From Coniocarpon cinnabarinum (taxonomy: Eukaryota), in the NCBI GenBank assembly GCA_051942205.1, contig JAVECO010000178.1:1-46059 (forward strand): a stretch of DNA of 46,059 bases, given 5' to 3'. The number at the start of each line of letters is the position of its first letter. Position 1 is the stretch's first letter. This document shows positions 12,080 through 23,550 of this stretch, piece by piece. Below the pieces are notes generated by a model. It was not told where the DNA came from and did not search any database. It saw nothing but the letters and a program-made list of their open reading frames with translations. The translations under genes were made by a program, and so were the position numbers.

Positions 12080-13678
12080 TTATGCCTTTGCTTCGGTAGC
12101 TGCTGGCTGAATCCGGGCCATCATTTCTCTGCCGACCGTTAGTGGGTTGTCCCAGAAACATTGAGGGATCAATTCTCTTGCGAATACGTACTCCTTGGTG
12201 ATTAAATGGTCTATTCGCTCCAGCAGACCCAACAAGCTCTTCATGTTTCCACTCCACTCGTTCAATACATCGTCCGCATCTGCTGGCTTTTTGAAGCTGA
12301 CGAGCTTTGCGGGTCGGTCGATCTTGGCATAAATGGTCTTCGATGTAACCAAGTCGCTGATGTATTGTTCAGTCTCGTCTTCACTCAGATCGAGGAGCTG
12401 CGTGAGACGGGCGAACTGTATACGTGTGTAGTATTTTGCGACAACGCGCACGTTGTGCTCGATCACGCGCTTTCTCAGATCTCGCCATCGCTGGTAAGCC
12501 TTACCCTCTGGATCTTGCTCAGTCTTTTCGTCGCGAGGATGGAAAATGTCAGTGGAACAAAGATGTGGCCCGAACTTTTTCTCGACTACCGGCCAACGCA
12601 TGAGCTCAGGCTTTGTGAACATTGTCAGTAGCTCGGCGTCTTCAGGAACGTGCTGCGCGTTGCGAGGATCTTGTGCGATTCGGTGCAAGAGGTCTGACTG
12701 CTCGTTGTCATATGGAGCGAGAATAATGAAGTAAATAGTGCGTTGCAGTGTCGGCTGCAGTTGTTCCATGCGATTCTCGACAGACTCAGTATCAAGCACC
12801 GCTCGATAGTGCTTGCAGACTTCCAGATACTTGTCATCGTGCTTCGCCAGGGTGATTTGCTGGCTGTAGTACTCAATCTTCAGGTCGGTAGTGTCGTCGG
12901 TCTCGACTTCTTGGGCCTCGTTATCTGCTACGTCCATAGCCGTATTCTTCTCGACGCCGGCTGCCGCGGTCTCTTTCGTCTTCTTCGCAGCTTTGGCCTT
13001 GGCCTCTTTTTCCTGGGCTTCCTTTTCTTTCTGCTCTGGGGTTTTGGGCTTGCGGTTAAAGTACCTCGTGCTGATCTTGCGACTGAGAATGCCGGCTTGC
13101 GTCCAGTCGCCGGTGTCAATGCAAAGTTGAACCTGCATCAGGATGAACTCCGTCTTCTCTCGTCTGGACATAGATCCGAACGTCTCGACTTGCAGCTCGC
13201 AGAGCGTATCTCTTGCACCTGTGAGATCGTCGCTCTGCTGCTTTATTTGCGCAAGAAGCTTGGTGACTCTTGCTCTCTCTACTTCTACAAAGATCTTGCC
13301 TTCGGTGACTGTCCTCAAAGTCTCAATCACAGTGAGACCAGTCTCCTTGTTTGGCGTATCCTTAATATGATCCATGACGGTCTGCACCATCCGCGTGATA
13401 GCCTGACGTAGCTGTCCATGCTTCTTTGACAACGCCACGACCTGCTCGTTGAGCATAGGCCAGTCTTGGCTTTGGATGCAGAATCCAACGATGTGTGTAA
13501 GTAAACGTGAAGTAGAGGGAAGATCTGACGCCTGCCGGGTCTGTTTCTCTAGCACCAGGAGCTTATCAATAGCCTGCTGGAGTTTTCCATGTTGTACGAG
13601 GGACTCTGCCTCAGGAAGTGCCTTGTCCACATCTTTAGTGAAATCTTTATCAGCCTTCAGCACCTGACCGTCGGCCAT
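12080..13678 (-). CDS. RPN5: 26S proteasome lid subunit Rpn5 (PSMD12), ~511 aa
   Basis: complement(join(12080..12128,12192..13678)). Motifs LEKQTRQASD, LSKKHGQL, TEGKIFVEVERAR, QVETFGSM and the PCI domain (RVIEHNVRVVAKYY, AKIDRPA). Removing a 63-nt intron restores LITKEEMM. Confidence 0.96.
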   Translation of the reverse strand: MADGQVLKADKDFTKDVDKALPEAESLVQHGKLQQAIDKLLVLEKQTRQASDLPSTSRLLTHIVGFCIQSQDWPMLNEQVVALSKKHGQLRQAITRMVQTVMDHIKDTPNKETGLTVIETLRTVTEGKIFVEVERARVTKLLAQIKQQSDDLTGARDTLCELQVETFGSMSRREKTEFILMQVQLCIDTGDWTQAGILSRKISTRYFNRKPKTPEQKEKEAQEKEAKAKAAKKTKETAAAGVEKNTAMDVADNEAQEVETDDTTDLKIEYYSQQITLAKHDDKYLEVCKHYRAVLDTESVENRMEQLQPTLQRTIYFIILAPYDNEQSDLLHRIAQDPRNAQHVPEDAELLTMFTKPELMRWPVVEKKFGPHLCSTDIFHPRDEKTEQDPEGKAYQRWRDLRKRVIEHNVRVVAKYYTRIQFARLTQLLDLSEDETEQYISDLVTSKTIYAKIDRPAKLVSFKKPADADDVLNEWSGNMKSLLGLLERIDHLITKEYVFARELIPQCFWDNPLTVGREMMARIQPAATEAKA

Positions 13679-14294
13679 TGCCCCGAATGCGGAATTTGTT
13701 GTGAGCTGTGATTGTCTGAGTGTGTCTTAATGCCGGCGTGTGCTCGGATTATAGGGATTGCTGAGCTCTGCTGGGAGTCAAGCTTTAGCAACTGGAGGCG
13801 GCTTGTGTAGAATGTGCTCAGACGGATTGACGTAGAGAAAATGCCGGCAACCTGGTATCTCAAGATGTCAAAGCTAATTGATGATATTTGTCAGGGGTCT
13901 TTGGAAGCCGATCAGTGTTTGACAGAGCACGGCAATCGATCTCGTAAGGAGTCGGAATTATGGATTCTTCGTATAGGGCAAATATCATATAGGCAGAGCT
14001 TCAACTGACGCATCAAGTGGCCCGTGCTTTTCAAAAGAATTGCAAGCACTCACTACTTGCGCTGGCCTGTCGCCTCACTTCACTTCCTATCAATACCAGC
14101 GTCATTCGCCTTCTCGTTGGAGAAGCTGTTGCACTGTGTCAGTCATAGCGTCGTCAGTCACACGTCAAGCACAGCGCTCAAGCAAGCTGATACACCCGCG
14201 TCGAAGACCTTCACTACCGTTCTCAATGCCTCCCCGGCCGTAGCACTCTTCACCAGTGCTACGGACTGAGGACTATACGCTCCTCCATCAAAGC
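13679..14294. promoter_or_regulatory. Divergent intergenic region shared by RPN5 and UBP3
   Basis: Head-to-head start codons ~615 bp apart. No specific motif identified. Confidence 0.5.
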
Positions 14295-17200
14295 ATGAAC
14301 CAGTATCCTGGTGTGCCTCCTCAAGGCCCATCATTCCCTCCCCATCCGTCCCGGCGTCAGGATTATCCATACGCAGCCTCACCACACCCGCCGCAGTATA
14401 TCCCATACTACGCTCCCACTTCACCTCATCCAGGTCAAATCCAATATGGCCCACCTCAGCATTACATGCCCCAGTGGTATCCTTACCAGCATTATCCATT
14501 TCCACCGCAGCCTCAACCTCAGCAGCCTCCTCGCCATTATCCGCACCATCATCAATCTCCATTAATAGTTTCTTCCACCACGCATCAGCCTGTCCTGCCG
14601 GTCAATCGACAGTATCACCCGCCGCCACCTCTACCCACTCAGCACCAGCAGTCAGTCCCGCCTGTTGCTCGAACGCCTGTCCTTGATCAGTCTGCTGCCT
14701 CGTCAACGACGTCACAGAACGTGGCTTCTCCATCAACAACGCCAATCACTACCTCGGACACCACCGCAACTCCTCCTATTCTCCCCGCTAAGGCTGGCCC
14801 GCAAGCTTCAGTCATCTCTGAATCTCAACAACGTAAGCCGTTTAATCTTCAGGTAAGTTACAGCTTTCTCCTGGTACCCGGGCCCCAGCTGGAGGCTGTT
14901 GCGCCTATGAAGCTATTAGCTCTTCTATGAACGGAGCAACTCCGCTTCCAATCTATGGAGGTTTTGAGAAAATGTGAGAAGGCGATGGCGGGCTAACTTT
15001 CGAGCAGCTTCCCTGGTTCTCTGTTCCTGAGTCTTCCTTTCCCGACCGGCCTCCTCGACGACGACGGAGACGACGCACTCCAAGTGCTTTACCCGACACG
15101 CCTACGTTGCCTGCGTTCCCTCGTCAGCGACCCGCTTCTCCAGCGCCTGCACAAGGGGACGAAGCAAAAACCGTGAGTCAGGTGCCGCCTCAGGACGCGG
15201 TCGCTCATGAAGGCGATTCACAATTGATTTCTGCTATCGATCCTCCAAATGACGATCAACTCTCAGCGGCGCTACCAGCATCGACGGCGCCATCAGAGAC
15301 CACTAGCACCATCGTGCCGACTTCCCTGCAGCCTCAGCGCAGCCGTGCGCCAACCCGACCAATAGTCCCTGCTTTGCCAAATATTGGCCGCCGTCCAGCG
15401 AACAGTGCTGGGATACCTTCGCAAGCTCAACGAAGTCAGCAAACATCTATTGACGGCATCTCGCAGCCGCCTAAGGTGACTGATGATCAGCAAGAGAGCA
15501 AGCCCCACGTTGATGATGCTGATCAACCTGAGGATGCTCCTTCATCACCAGTGAAGGTCGCACCAAAATCTTGGGCAGAACTTTTGCGAAGCAAAAATGC
15601 CAATAGTGCGGTACAATCTAATGCGGTGCCGGACGGCAATGGAAATGAAGGCTTGTACCCACGCGCTCCATCTTCTGGATCTTTGTCAGATGCATTACGA
15701 TCTTACGACGTGCAGCGAGGGGAGAAAATATCGTTTTTGGAACCTCGTGGTCTTCTTAATACTGGTAATATGTGCTATATGAATTCTGTGAGTCGAGTCC
15801 TCTCAACATTGACCTTATCCGTTGGAGCTAACAAAGGTGCAGATTTTACAGGTTCTTGCGTTTTGTGTACCATTTTTTGAACTCCTTGACCAAATACGCA
15901 AGCGGGCCGTGCATAGCTTTAAAAGTAACACGCCTCTCTTAGAGGCTATGTAAGTCATTCACGTATTCACCAGAGGTAGGCTTCAGCTGACTAAGCTTTC
16001 AGGATCATGTTTATGAATGAGTACAGTGTAATTGATTCCGCATCATCAGTCGAACAATTGCGTTTACGTCTGAAGGATGCTGAGCTTGAACAATATGGCG
16101 AGGCATTCATTCCAGAATACGTCTACGAAGCTATCAAGAACCATCCTCGCTTCTCTTCTATGCGACGAGGTCAACAGCAGGATGCCGAGGAGTTCTTGGG
16201 CCTCTTGCTTGAGGTGCTCCATCTTGAATGCTTAAGTGTGATGGATAGGTCTACAGCTGCCGACGCTTCTTCTGCTTCCCAAGTAAACGGCGCTGATCCA
16301 ACCGCTTCTATAGCTAATGGTGGCGCCGCTGACGGATGGATGGAGGTTCAACGTCACCAAAAGCCAGCCGTGACTCAGACCTCAGGCGCAAGTGCGTTGT
16401 CACCAGTCACCAAGATTTTTGGTGGCGCGCTTCGCAGCGAGTTCCGCGTGTCTGGCAACAAGAACTCTGTCACCATGACACCCTACCAGCAGCTTCAGCT
16501 CGATATCAACGATCCCGCGGTTACCAACATCTCTCATGCGCTCAAAAACCTTGCTCGATCCGAGAAAGTCGACGGCGAGTTCGCAACCTCACGTGGAACA
16601 GCTACATACGGCACGAAGCAGTTCTTCATCGAAACACTTCCACCGGTCCTCATCCTACACCTCAAGCGCTTCCACTACGACAGCGTCCTTGGCTCTACAC
16701 AGAAAATTTGGAAACGTGTCGGATATCCGCTGGATCTTGAAATTCCTAAGGAGTCGTTTGCTCCATCGAAGCGTGCGCAGTACTCGGCACAGCCGTCAGG
16801 TATGCCGCGGTACCGCCTCACTGCAGTCGTGTATCATCATGGCAAGCACGCTAGCGGCGGCCATTACACCGTCGATGTCCGACGTCAAGAGGGCCATGAG
16901 TGGATCCGCCTTGATGACACCGTCATCCGCCGTGTGCGCGCCGAAGACGTCGCCAATGAAGGTGGAGAAGAGGATCCCAAGATTCTAGCAGCTGCGTTGG
17001 AACGTCATAAGCGCGAAGAGCAGAACCGCGCTAATAACACAAATGGAAACCCTTACGTCTTTAACGATGACGCGGACACCGATGGTCTGGTCGACAGTGA
17101 AAGTGCGGAAGGTTGGAGTCAAGTTGCTGCGAACGGAGTGACAAGTCCGCCGAGCACTAGCAACGGAGGTAAGAAATGGTCTGGCGTCGTGACCAACGGG

Positions 17201-17344
17201 ACGGGCACGAATAGTACTGGGACGGCAACCCCCAAGGGTGCGAAGACGCCGCGGGATGCAAGAGGTGCAAGTGCAGGTGGCAAGGGTGTGCAGAAGGTTG
17301 CGGGAGACAAGGTTGCTTATATACTGTTCTATGAGCGGACGTGA
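14295..17344 (+). CDS. UBP3: Ubiquitin-specific protease, Ubp3/USP10 family (~928 aa)
   Basis: join(14295..14852,15008..15787,15843..15949,16003..17344). Pro/Gln/Tyr-rich N-terminus, PKSWAELL, Cys box PRGLLNTGNMCYMNS, QQQDAEEFL, LILHLKRF, His box YHHGKHASGGHYT, WIRLDD and AYILFY. Confidence 0.93.
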
Positions 17345-18522
17345 AAAGTGTCTGTAATAGCAGCGAGACAGCGAGACAAGAAAGGAGAGGAAGTTAGAAG
17401 GTTATGAGGTGACGTTGATGTGTGTTCGAGAGAGTAGGTGGTTATTGACGAGGGGAGAAAGTCTGAATGGCGCACTCACGTTCGCTTGGTCAGAAGCGTG
17501 GACGCTTGCTTGGATGAGAGAGGACGGAGAGGAGAGGCGCGAGTGCGTTAAATAGCACGGATGTGAAGAGGAACTGGAGGAGATACCCATACTGTGTCTT
17601 GGTTACCTGCAAGCAGTCAGGTACGCAGTATTCGGCGATGCGAGGGGGAAGAGTTGTAGATATTACTTCGCCGTGACATTGAGCCGTCACGGGAAGGAAC
17701 GTAGATAGACAAAAGTAGTGGAAGCATTGATACTTGCGTTTCCAACTATTATGTGCGGTGGTAGTGCTCATACCCCGATCTGATCCCTTGATCCTTGTGT
17801 ATACGTTATCTATCTATTTGCTGTATATTGTAGGCGGAGCTTAGTCATACCTACTTACTTAAAACAGGTACTCGGGAGCTTGAGTCTCGCCACCATGATT
17901 GTATCTTCGTAGGGCTTGCAATAAATCTCTCCCTTCATTCTGGCAGCTTTTTCACAGTCATTCGCTGGTCACTTTTCACGTACCTCAAGATCGACTACAC
18001 TTGACAAATGACAAGGAGCAGAGAGAAACTTCGTCAGCATGCCCGCCATTGAGCTTATAGCCATGCTTCAACTATATGCGATGTCACACGGCAGCTTGCA
18101 CGGTCGCCCAAGCATATGATCCTGTCGAGACCTATGGAAAACCATGTTGACAATCAAAGTTCGATGCTTTGACGGAGATATCAATGACATGGAGGTACAT
18201 GCAATGAGAACGTATCTTACCTTTCCGGGCAGGCCACGACAGCCGACGAGGCAACAAGGCGCCTAACGGCGGGCGGGGCAGTGCTCGCGCAACGTGATGA
18301 GTGGGCTGTGAAGGCTTTAGAATAGAGCCTTGTCTCCCCAGCGCATATCATATCGTTGGTGCGACCACCATCTTCTCACTGCTGTTGACTTGATATCCTC
18401 AACCTGGATTTTAGGAGATTGAGCCCGAGGTCGCAGGTTAACATATAAATGGGTCAACAGCTGTCTGGAGTTTGTGTAGACTCGACGCTTCGTAGCACTG
18501 ATCGCGAGACATTCTCAACGCG

Positions 18523-21276
18523 ATGGAGGCCGTTGCCGGAGCAGCCGCAACATCTCGACTCATGAGGATTATTTCTCGTATCCTTACAGATGCGGCAGCT
18601 ATTGGGAGATCTGCTGATACGCCCATCGCGGTTGATGAGCTAAGTAGTGGACTGGAAAGTCTCAGGTCGACGTTGTCTACTTTGAGCGCCCCGAATGCAT
18701 TAGATGGAGCAGCTTGGAAAGTTCTGGATTCAGCAAATCAAACATTGAGACACAAGCTAATACGAGTGGAGAGCCTGCTGAATGATATCAAGAGTCTGCT
18801 GCGCCGCTATGCCGATGCGGTTCCAGAACGTAAGGCGCAGCTTCCCAAGACTAAATGGGCCTTGAAAGATAGACTAGAAATAGAGACGTTGCGAGGGAGA
18901 TTAAGCGAGAGTACCACGACCTTGAATCTTCTGTGTATCCAAGCGACAGCGAATCAGAATAAACGTCTGACGGATGAAATTTTTCACCAGCTCCGAGGCA
19001 AGCTGCAAGACACCCAAGGGCAAGTTCCATCCAAGGAAATCATCGTCGCTGTAATGGGAGTGACGGGCGCGGGTAAATCTCGTTTGATCCAGCAAATCAC
19101 ACTGTCTGAAGATGTCAAAATTGGGCATTCCCTCAAGTCAGGTTGGTTCATCCACGTCCTGTTACAAAACACGAGCCTGCTAAGCTCTGGCAAATAGAAA
19201 CACAAAGGGTCCGCCCGTATCGTATCACCGTAGAAGGACGTGTAATTACTTTTGTCGACACTCCTGGCTTTGACGACACTAGTAGAACAGATGCTGAGGT
19301 GTTTGAAGAGTTAGCCTCATGGTTATCAGACACTTACGCGGCAGGCAAGCTTCTCTCAGGGATAGTGTATCTGCACCCTATCACTGATATAAGGATGAGA
19401 GGATCTGGATTGGCGAGTCTTGATATTTTTACAAGACTGGTTGGCCCTGATTCATTTCGCAATATTCATCTGGTCACTACCATGTGGGACTTACTACCAA
19501 ATCGATCTTCTGGCGAAACGCGTGAGGAAGAAATCAGAGAGAAATTCTGGCGGCCTCTGATAGAAAAGGGCAGTACTACCACTCGATCATATGGAGATAG
19601 AAGTTCTGCACTGGTGATTATGGAGCGAGTCGCGTTGGACCAGCGTATGGCATCCACGTTAGGAGCGCCACTGAGGATCCAGAGAGAGGTAGTGGACGAA
19701 CGGAGATCTTTGTCGGAAACATCAGCAGGCGAAGCCTTGATTCGCAGGATGCAAGAAATGGAACAGCGACACCAGGCCGATAATGAACGACGTGATGCAG
19801 AATTCATTCAAGTGAGAGAGGAGCTTGTGTCGGTGAAAAAGGCGTTGAGCGTCACTCCTGATAAGTCTGCGCAACTGCAAGGCAATCTTCTGGGATTCGA
19901 TGCGCCTATTTACGCGCGAATGAATGTCGATGACCTCTTGGCGGATGACCCCCCGCCTCCTTACACACCAATGGCAGCGTCGAAAGCAAAGACGTTTTTA
20001 ACATCTGTCGTCCACCTAATCTTGTTTTCTCTGGAACCATTGCGCGTCGTCTCAGGGATCGCAATCCCTTATGCAATGAGACAATTACGTCCAAGGTTAC
20101 AAAAGGACTCTAGTAGGATCGAATGGAATTGTGTGAGTGAGTTACCACGCGTCAAAGCTGGCTGCTTCTAAGGTGTTTCAGGACTGCGGAGACGTTCTCT
20201 ATGGCGATTTTATTGGGAAAACTCCTGGGTCTTTGCAAGATCTTGCTGCGGAACTAAATGGACGTATTACAAGTGGACCGGCGGCACAAGGCACTACATC
20301 TGCGGGCTCGGGATCACAGCAGCAATCCCTAGCCTCGACAGAGACTACAGTTCCCGGCGCACCTGGCTCATGTTCCCACAGCTTAGATCCTGGTGAGACC
20401 TCAGCTGCTCCTGGCTGGCCAAGGATAGGACCTGGTCCCGCGAACAATACTCAAGATCATCTACGGACAATGGCTCCGAAGTGGCTGGAGCTCTGCCTTC
20501 GTTCGGGACCCAATACTTTCTCTCTGGGCGAAATTGACGTCTCTGGCCCGCAAACAGATAAGTCCGTCTTTGATAAGATTAGGGTGAAATATAGCTCGGA
20601 ACGGGTCATGGCGAGGATTTTTGGACGTCTAGCCTTTCGTGTACCAGTCGGAGGTGTGTTCGTTCAGGTAAGCGATTCTCTTTTTGGAACTTTATGCTTG
20701 CGCGCTCGCGCTACGCGATCTTAGTCGCCTTATAAAGTGCGAGTGAGCTGGAAACCCCCGTCGTCCCTTACTATATGGCATTGACACTCAAGGTAAAATT
20801 AGTTCCGAAAAGACGAGAATGCCAGCATGTCAAACCCGATAGCCACGGCTAGTATCATGCAGCGCCCTTCATTTCCAACGCCAAAACAGGCTCGCGATTT
20901 CAATTACACTTTCAAACCTAGCCCAATGGATGAGCCTCCAATGCCTTCGCCAATCTTCAACCACTACTTCCAGCATCTACGCCCTACGCACAACACCGCA
21001 AAATGGATCAAACGCTTTCCTCAACTCCTTGACACCTCGCTTTTCTACAACAACGAGGAGTTGGCCAAGGGGTGGGGAATCGAAATCATTGAAGACAGAA
21101 ATTGGCTTTTACTGATTTGCGCTAATATCATAGCGTTGCTGATTGGTGGGGCCACGGCAACCATCTACGCAGTTTGCACAAAGGACGTCCAGACCGGTGT
21201 CGCCATTGGCACCTGGCTTTGCGCCGTGCAAACTCTGACACTCAATGCTCTCTTGTGGCGTTGGACGGATGTGTGA
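18523..21276 (+). CDS. Multidomain protein: HeLo-like/STAND-associated N-domain + P-loop GTPase (AIG1/MMR_HSR1-like) + coiled coil + uncharacterised CxCG domain + two C-terminal TM helices (~837 aa)
   Basis: join(18523..19141,19198..20132,20182..20667,20803..21276), 2514 nt, open throughout. G1 GVTGAGKS, G2 SETQ, G3 DTPG, G4-like TTMWD. N-domain motif KTKWAL..EIETLRGRL..TTLNLL. Splicing creates RIEWNC-DCGDVLYGDF and FVQ-F. The protein ends in two hydrophobic helices. Confidence 0.8.
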
Positions 21277-21495
21277 AGTAATGATCACCGAAGCCGAAAC
21301 CGGGCCTCTGATATCACCCTTTACACAAACCGTATGGAGGTCTATGTATGAAACGACGAGAACGAGACACAACACAAGAAGAAGCAGCCACTTGGTAACA
21401 CGGAAACGAAGAAGTGGTAAATTGGATGCATTATATGGTAAGACAAAGCCTAACCAATAGAAAATTACCGACAACAATCAACTCATATATCAATC

Positions 21496-23550
21496 TCATG
21501 CAGCAAGCGCCCCGCTCATTTTCCAATACACGTTATAATTAATCTCATGCGCATCGTAGAACGGCGAAAGCGTCACATCACGACCATCGGCCGATCCGGT
21601 GAACTCCAGCGTGTCGTTGCTGGTGCGTTGAACAGAGTCCAAAGCCAGACCCGGCACGGCCGACAGCGCATCGTCGCCGTAGTTTCCACTCAGCGTCACT
21701 GGCCCGAAATGCAGCGCTTGCACGGAGGGATCGTCGTTCGCGGGCACTGTGAAGAGGCGCATGGGCAGACGCACGTTGACCGTGTCGCCGGGTGCCCAGG
21801 TCCTTGAGATGCGCGCGTAGCTACCTGGAGCGACGGTCCCTGAAACTTGCTGGTCGTTGACGGTAATCTCGGCGTTAGATGTCCATGATGGGACACGAAT
21901 GTTCATGGCGAAGTCGCCGGAGCCGTCGACTTTAATGGAGGAGCTGTCGCTTACTGGGAAAGTTGTGTCTTGCGTGACGGTGACATCGTTCCAGTGCAAT
22001 GTCGAGGGAGCGAACAGGTTGACGAAGAGGTCCTTGTCGGAGTGGGCGTAGATGGAGTCCATGAGTTTGGTATGGGTTTCGAGGCCGGTACCTTGACAGC
22101 ACCACATGGAGTCTGTGTCCGTTGACCACGTGCCTAAAGGTGAAGACCAGTCAGCGGGGTCCGTCGTTTCGAAAAGGAGAAAGAGTTACTCACCACCTCC
22201 CCAGGCTGGACCCACTCCTCGTCTTCCACTCGGGTTCAGTGGCGTGAAGTAAGTCACGTGTCCGTGTGGACTCGTGGGAAGCTGCTGTCCGAGCAGGTGA
22301 TTCAGCAACGTGCGCTCGTAGAAGTCAAAGTACGCGGCGTCCTGATCCACGGTCCACAGCTCTCGCGTCAACTTCAACATGTTGTAAGAATTGCAGGACT
22401 CGGCGGTGTCATTGTCCAGATATTCCGCGATGGCGTTGGGCGCATGGAAGTGCTCAGCCTGTGAGTTGCCGCCAATGCTGTAGCTATGGCTGGAAACTGT
22501 GATGTTATGAGCATTACGCGCAATTGTCAAGTAGCGCTCGTCGCCCGTGGCCTTGTATTGTCGAACAGCTCCGATCCATTTCGGCACTTGAGTGTTAGCG
22601 TGGAGACCATTCAGACTATCTTGGTCCGCTGCAAGTGGACTCTCAACAGCAGCGTGGTCGAATCGAGCGGCGGTCGTGATCCAGCGCTTGTCGGACGTCT
22701 GGTGGTAGACGTCGGCGAGGACTTCGTTCATGCCGCCGAACTCAGTCTGCATCACTTTTTGCATTTGGTCGTAGCTCAATTTCGCGGTTCGAGTGTCGAC
22801 CCAGTCAGCCAGGGACAGGAGAACATCACGGGCTGTCTCGTCTCCAAAGGTTCTCCAGACATCGAGCAGGCCCGCCATGGTCTTGTGAATAACATAGTAA
22901 GGAACGTTACCGTTCGTCAAGGTACCTGCGGTCCGTGAAGTCAGCATTGATCAATGAGCCGCCAAGGAAATGCACCACATTTTCTTGCGTATTAGAACTC
23001 CTCAGCTGCAGACAGACTGAGGTGATACACGTAGCAGAGGAGAAGGTATCCAAGCTTGCAACATACCGTTTTCAAGTTTGTCAAAGTCCGACTCCGGGAA
23101 GCCAGCAAGAAATCCGTCATTAAAGTCCACAGCTCCGTTATTCGCCTGGACTTTCGCCAGCTCTTGCACAAAGTAAATCGCCTGTTTCTGACACGTAGCA
23201 TCTCGAAGCTGAGAGTAACACTGCGCCCAAGCAGAGAGGAAGTGTCCCTGCATATGTGATCGGAACGGAAAGTCCGGAGCATCCCAGCCGCCGTTCGGCG
23301 TGGCGCCCTGTGTCGACAGCCCGTGGTTCTGTCTGAAGACATAGAGCAGGCTATCTGGGTTCACCCACTGGAGATAGGTCACGGTGCGCGCTTGGTTCTC
23401 TTGGAACCGGCCGGGATTCAAAGAAACTTGGCTGATGTCGAATTGGTAGGCGGATGTGCCGAGTTCTGTTGCACTGGGTGGAGCTGCTTGAGCTGCAGAA
23501 AGAGAGAAGAGACCCAGGGTCAATGCCCAGCATAGTACTAAAGTCTTCAT
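21496..23550 (-). CDS. Secreted GH127/GH146-type beta-L-arabinofuranosidase-like glycoside hydrolase (~617 aa)
   Basis: complement(join(21496..22133,22194..22925,23067..23550)). Signal peptide MKTLVLCWALTLGLFSLSAA, GGWDAP, GHFLSA, VPYY..HK, EFGGMNE, LHANTQVPK, GGNSQAEHF, ESCNSYNMLKL, WCCQGTG and IRVPSW. Confidence 0.9.

Noticed and set aside
12206..13411. Long antisense ORFs over RPN5 (similar ones over PRP21, the RdRP and the GH gene)
   Set aside because: Expected by-product of codon bias on the opposite strand; no independent motifs.
17671..17692. Hairpin CCGTGAC..GTCACGG downstream of UBP3
   Set aside because: A single 7-bp stem is expected by chance in 46 kb, and no ncRNA boxes are nearby.
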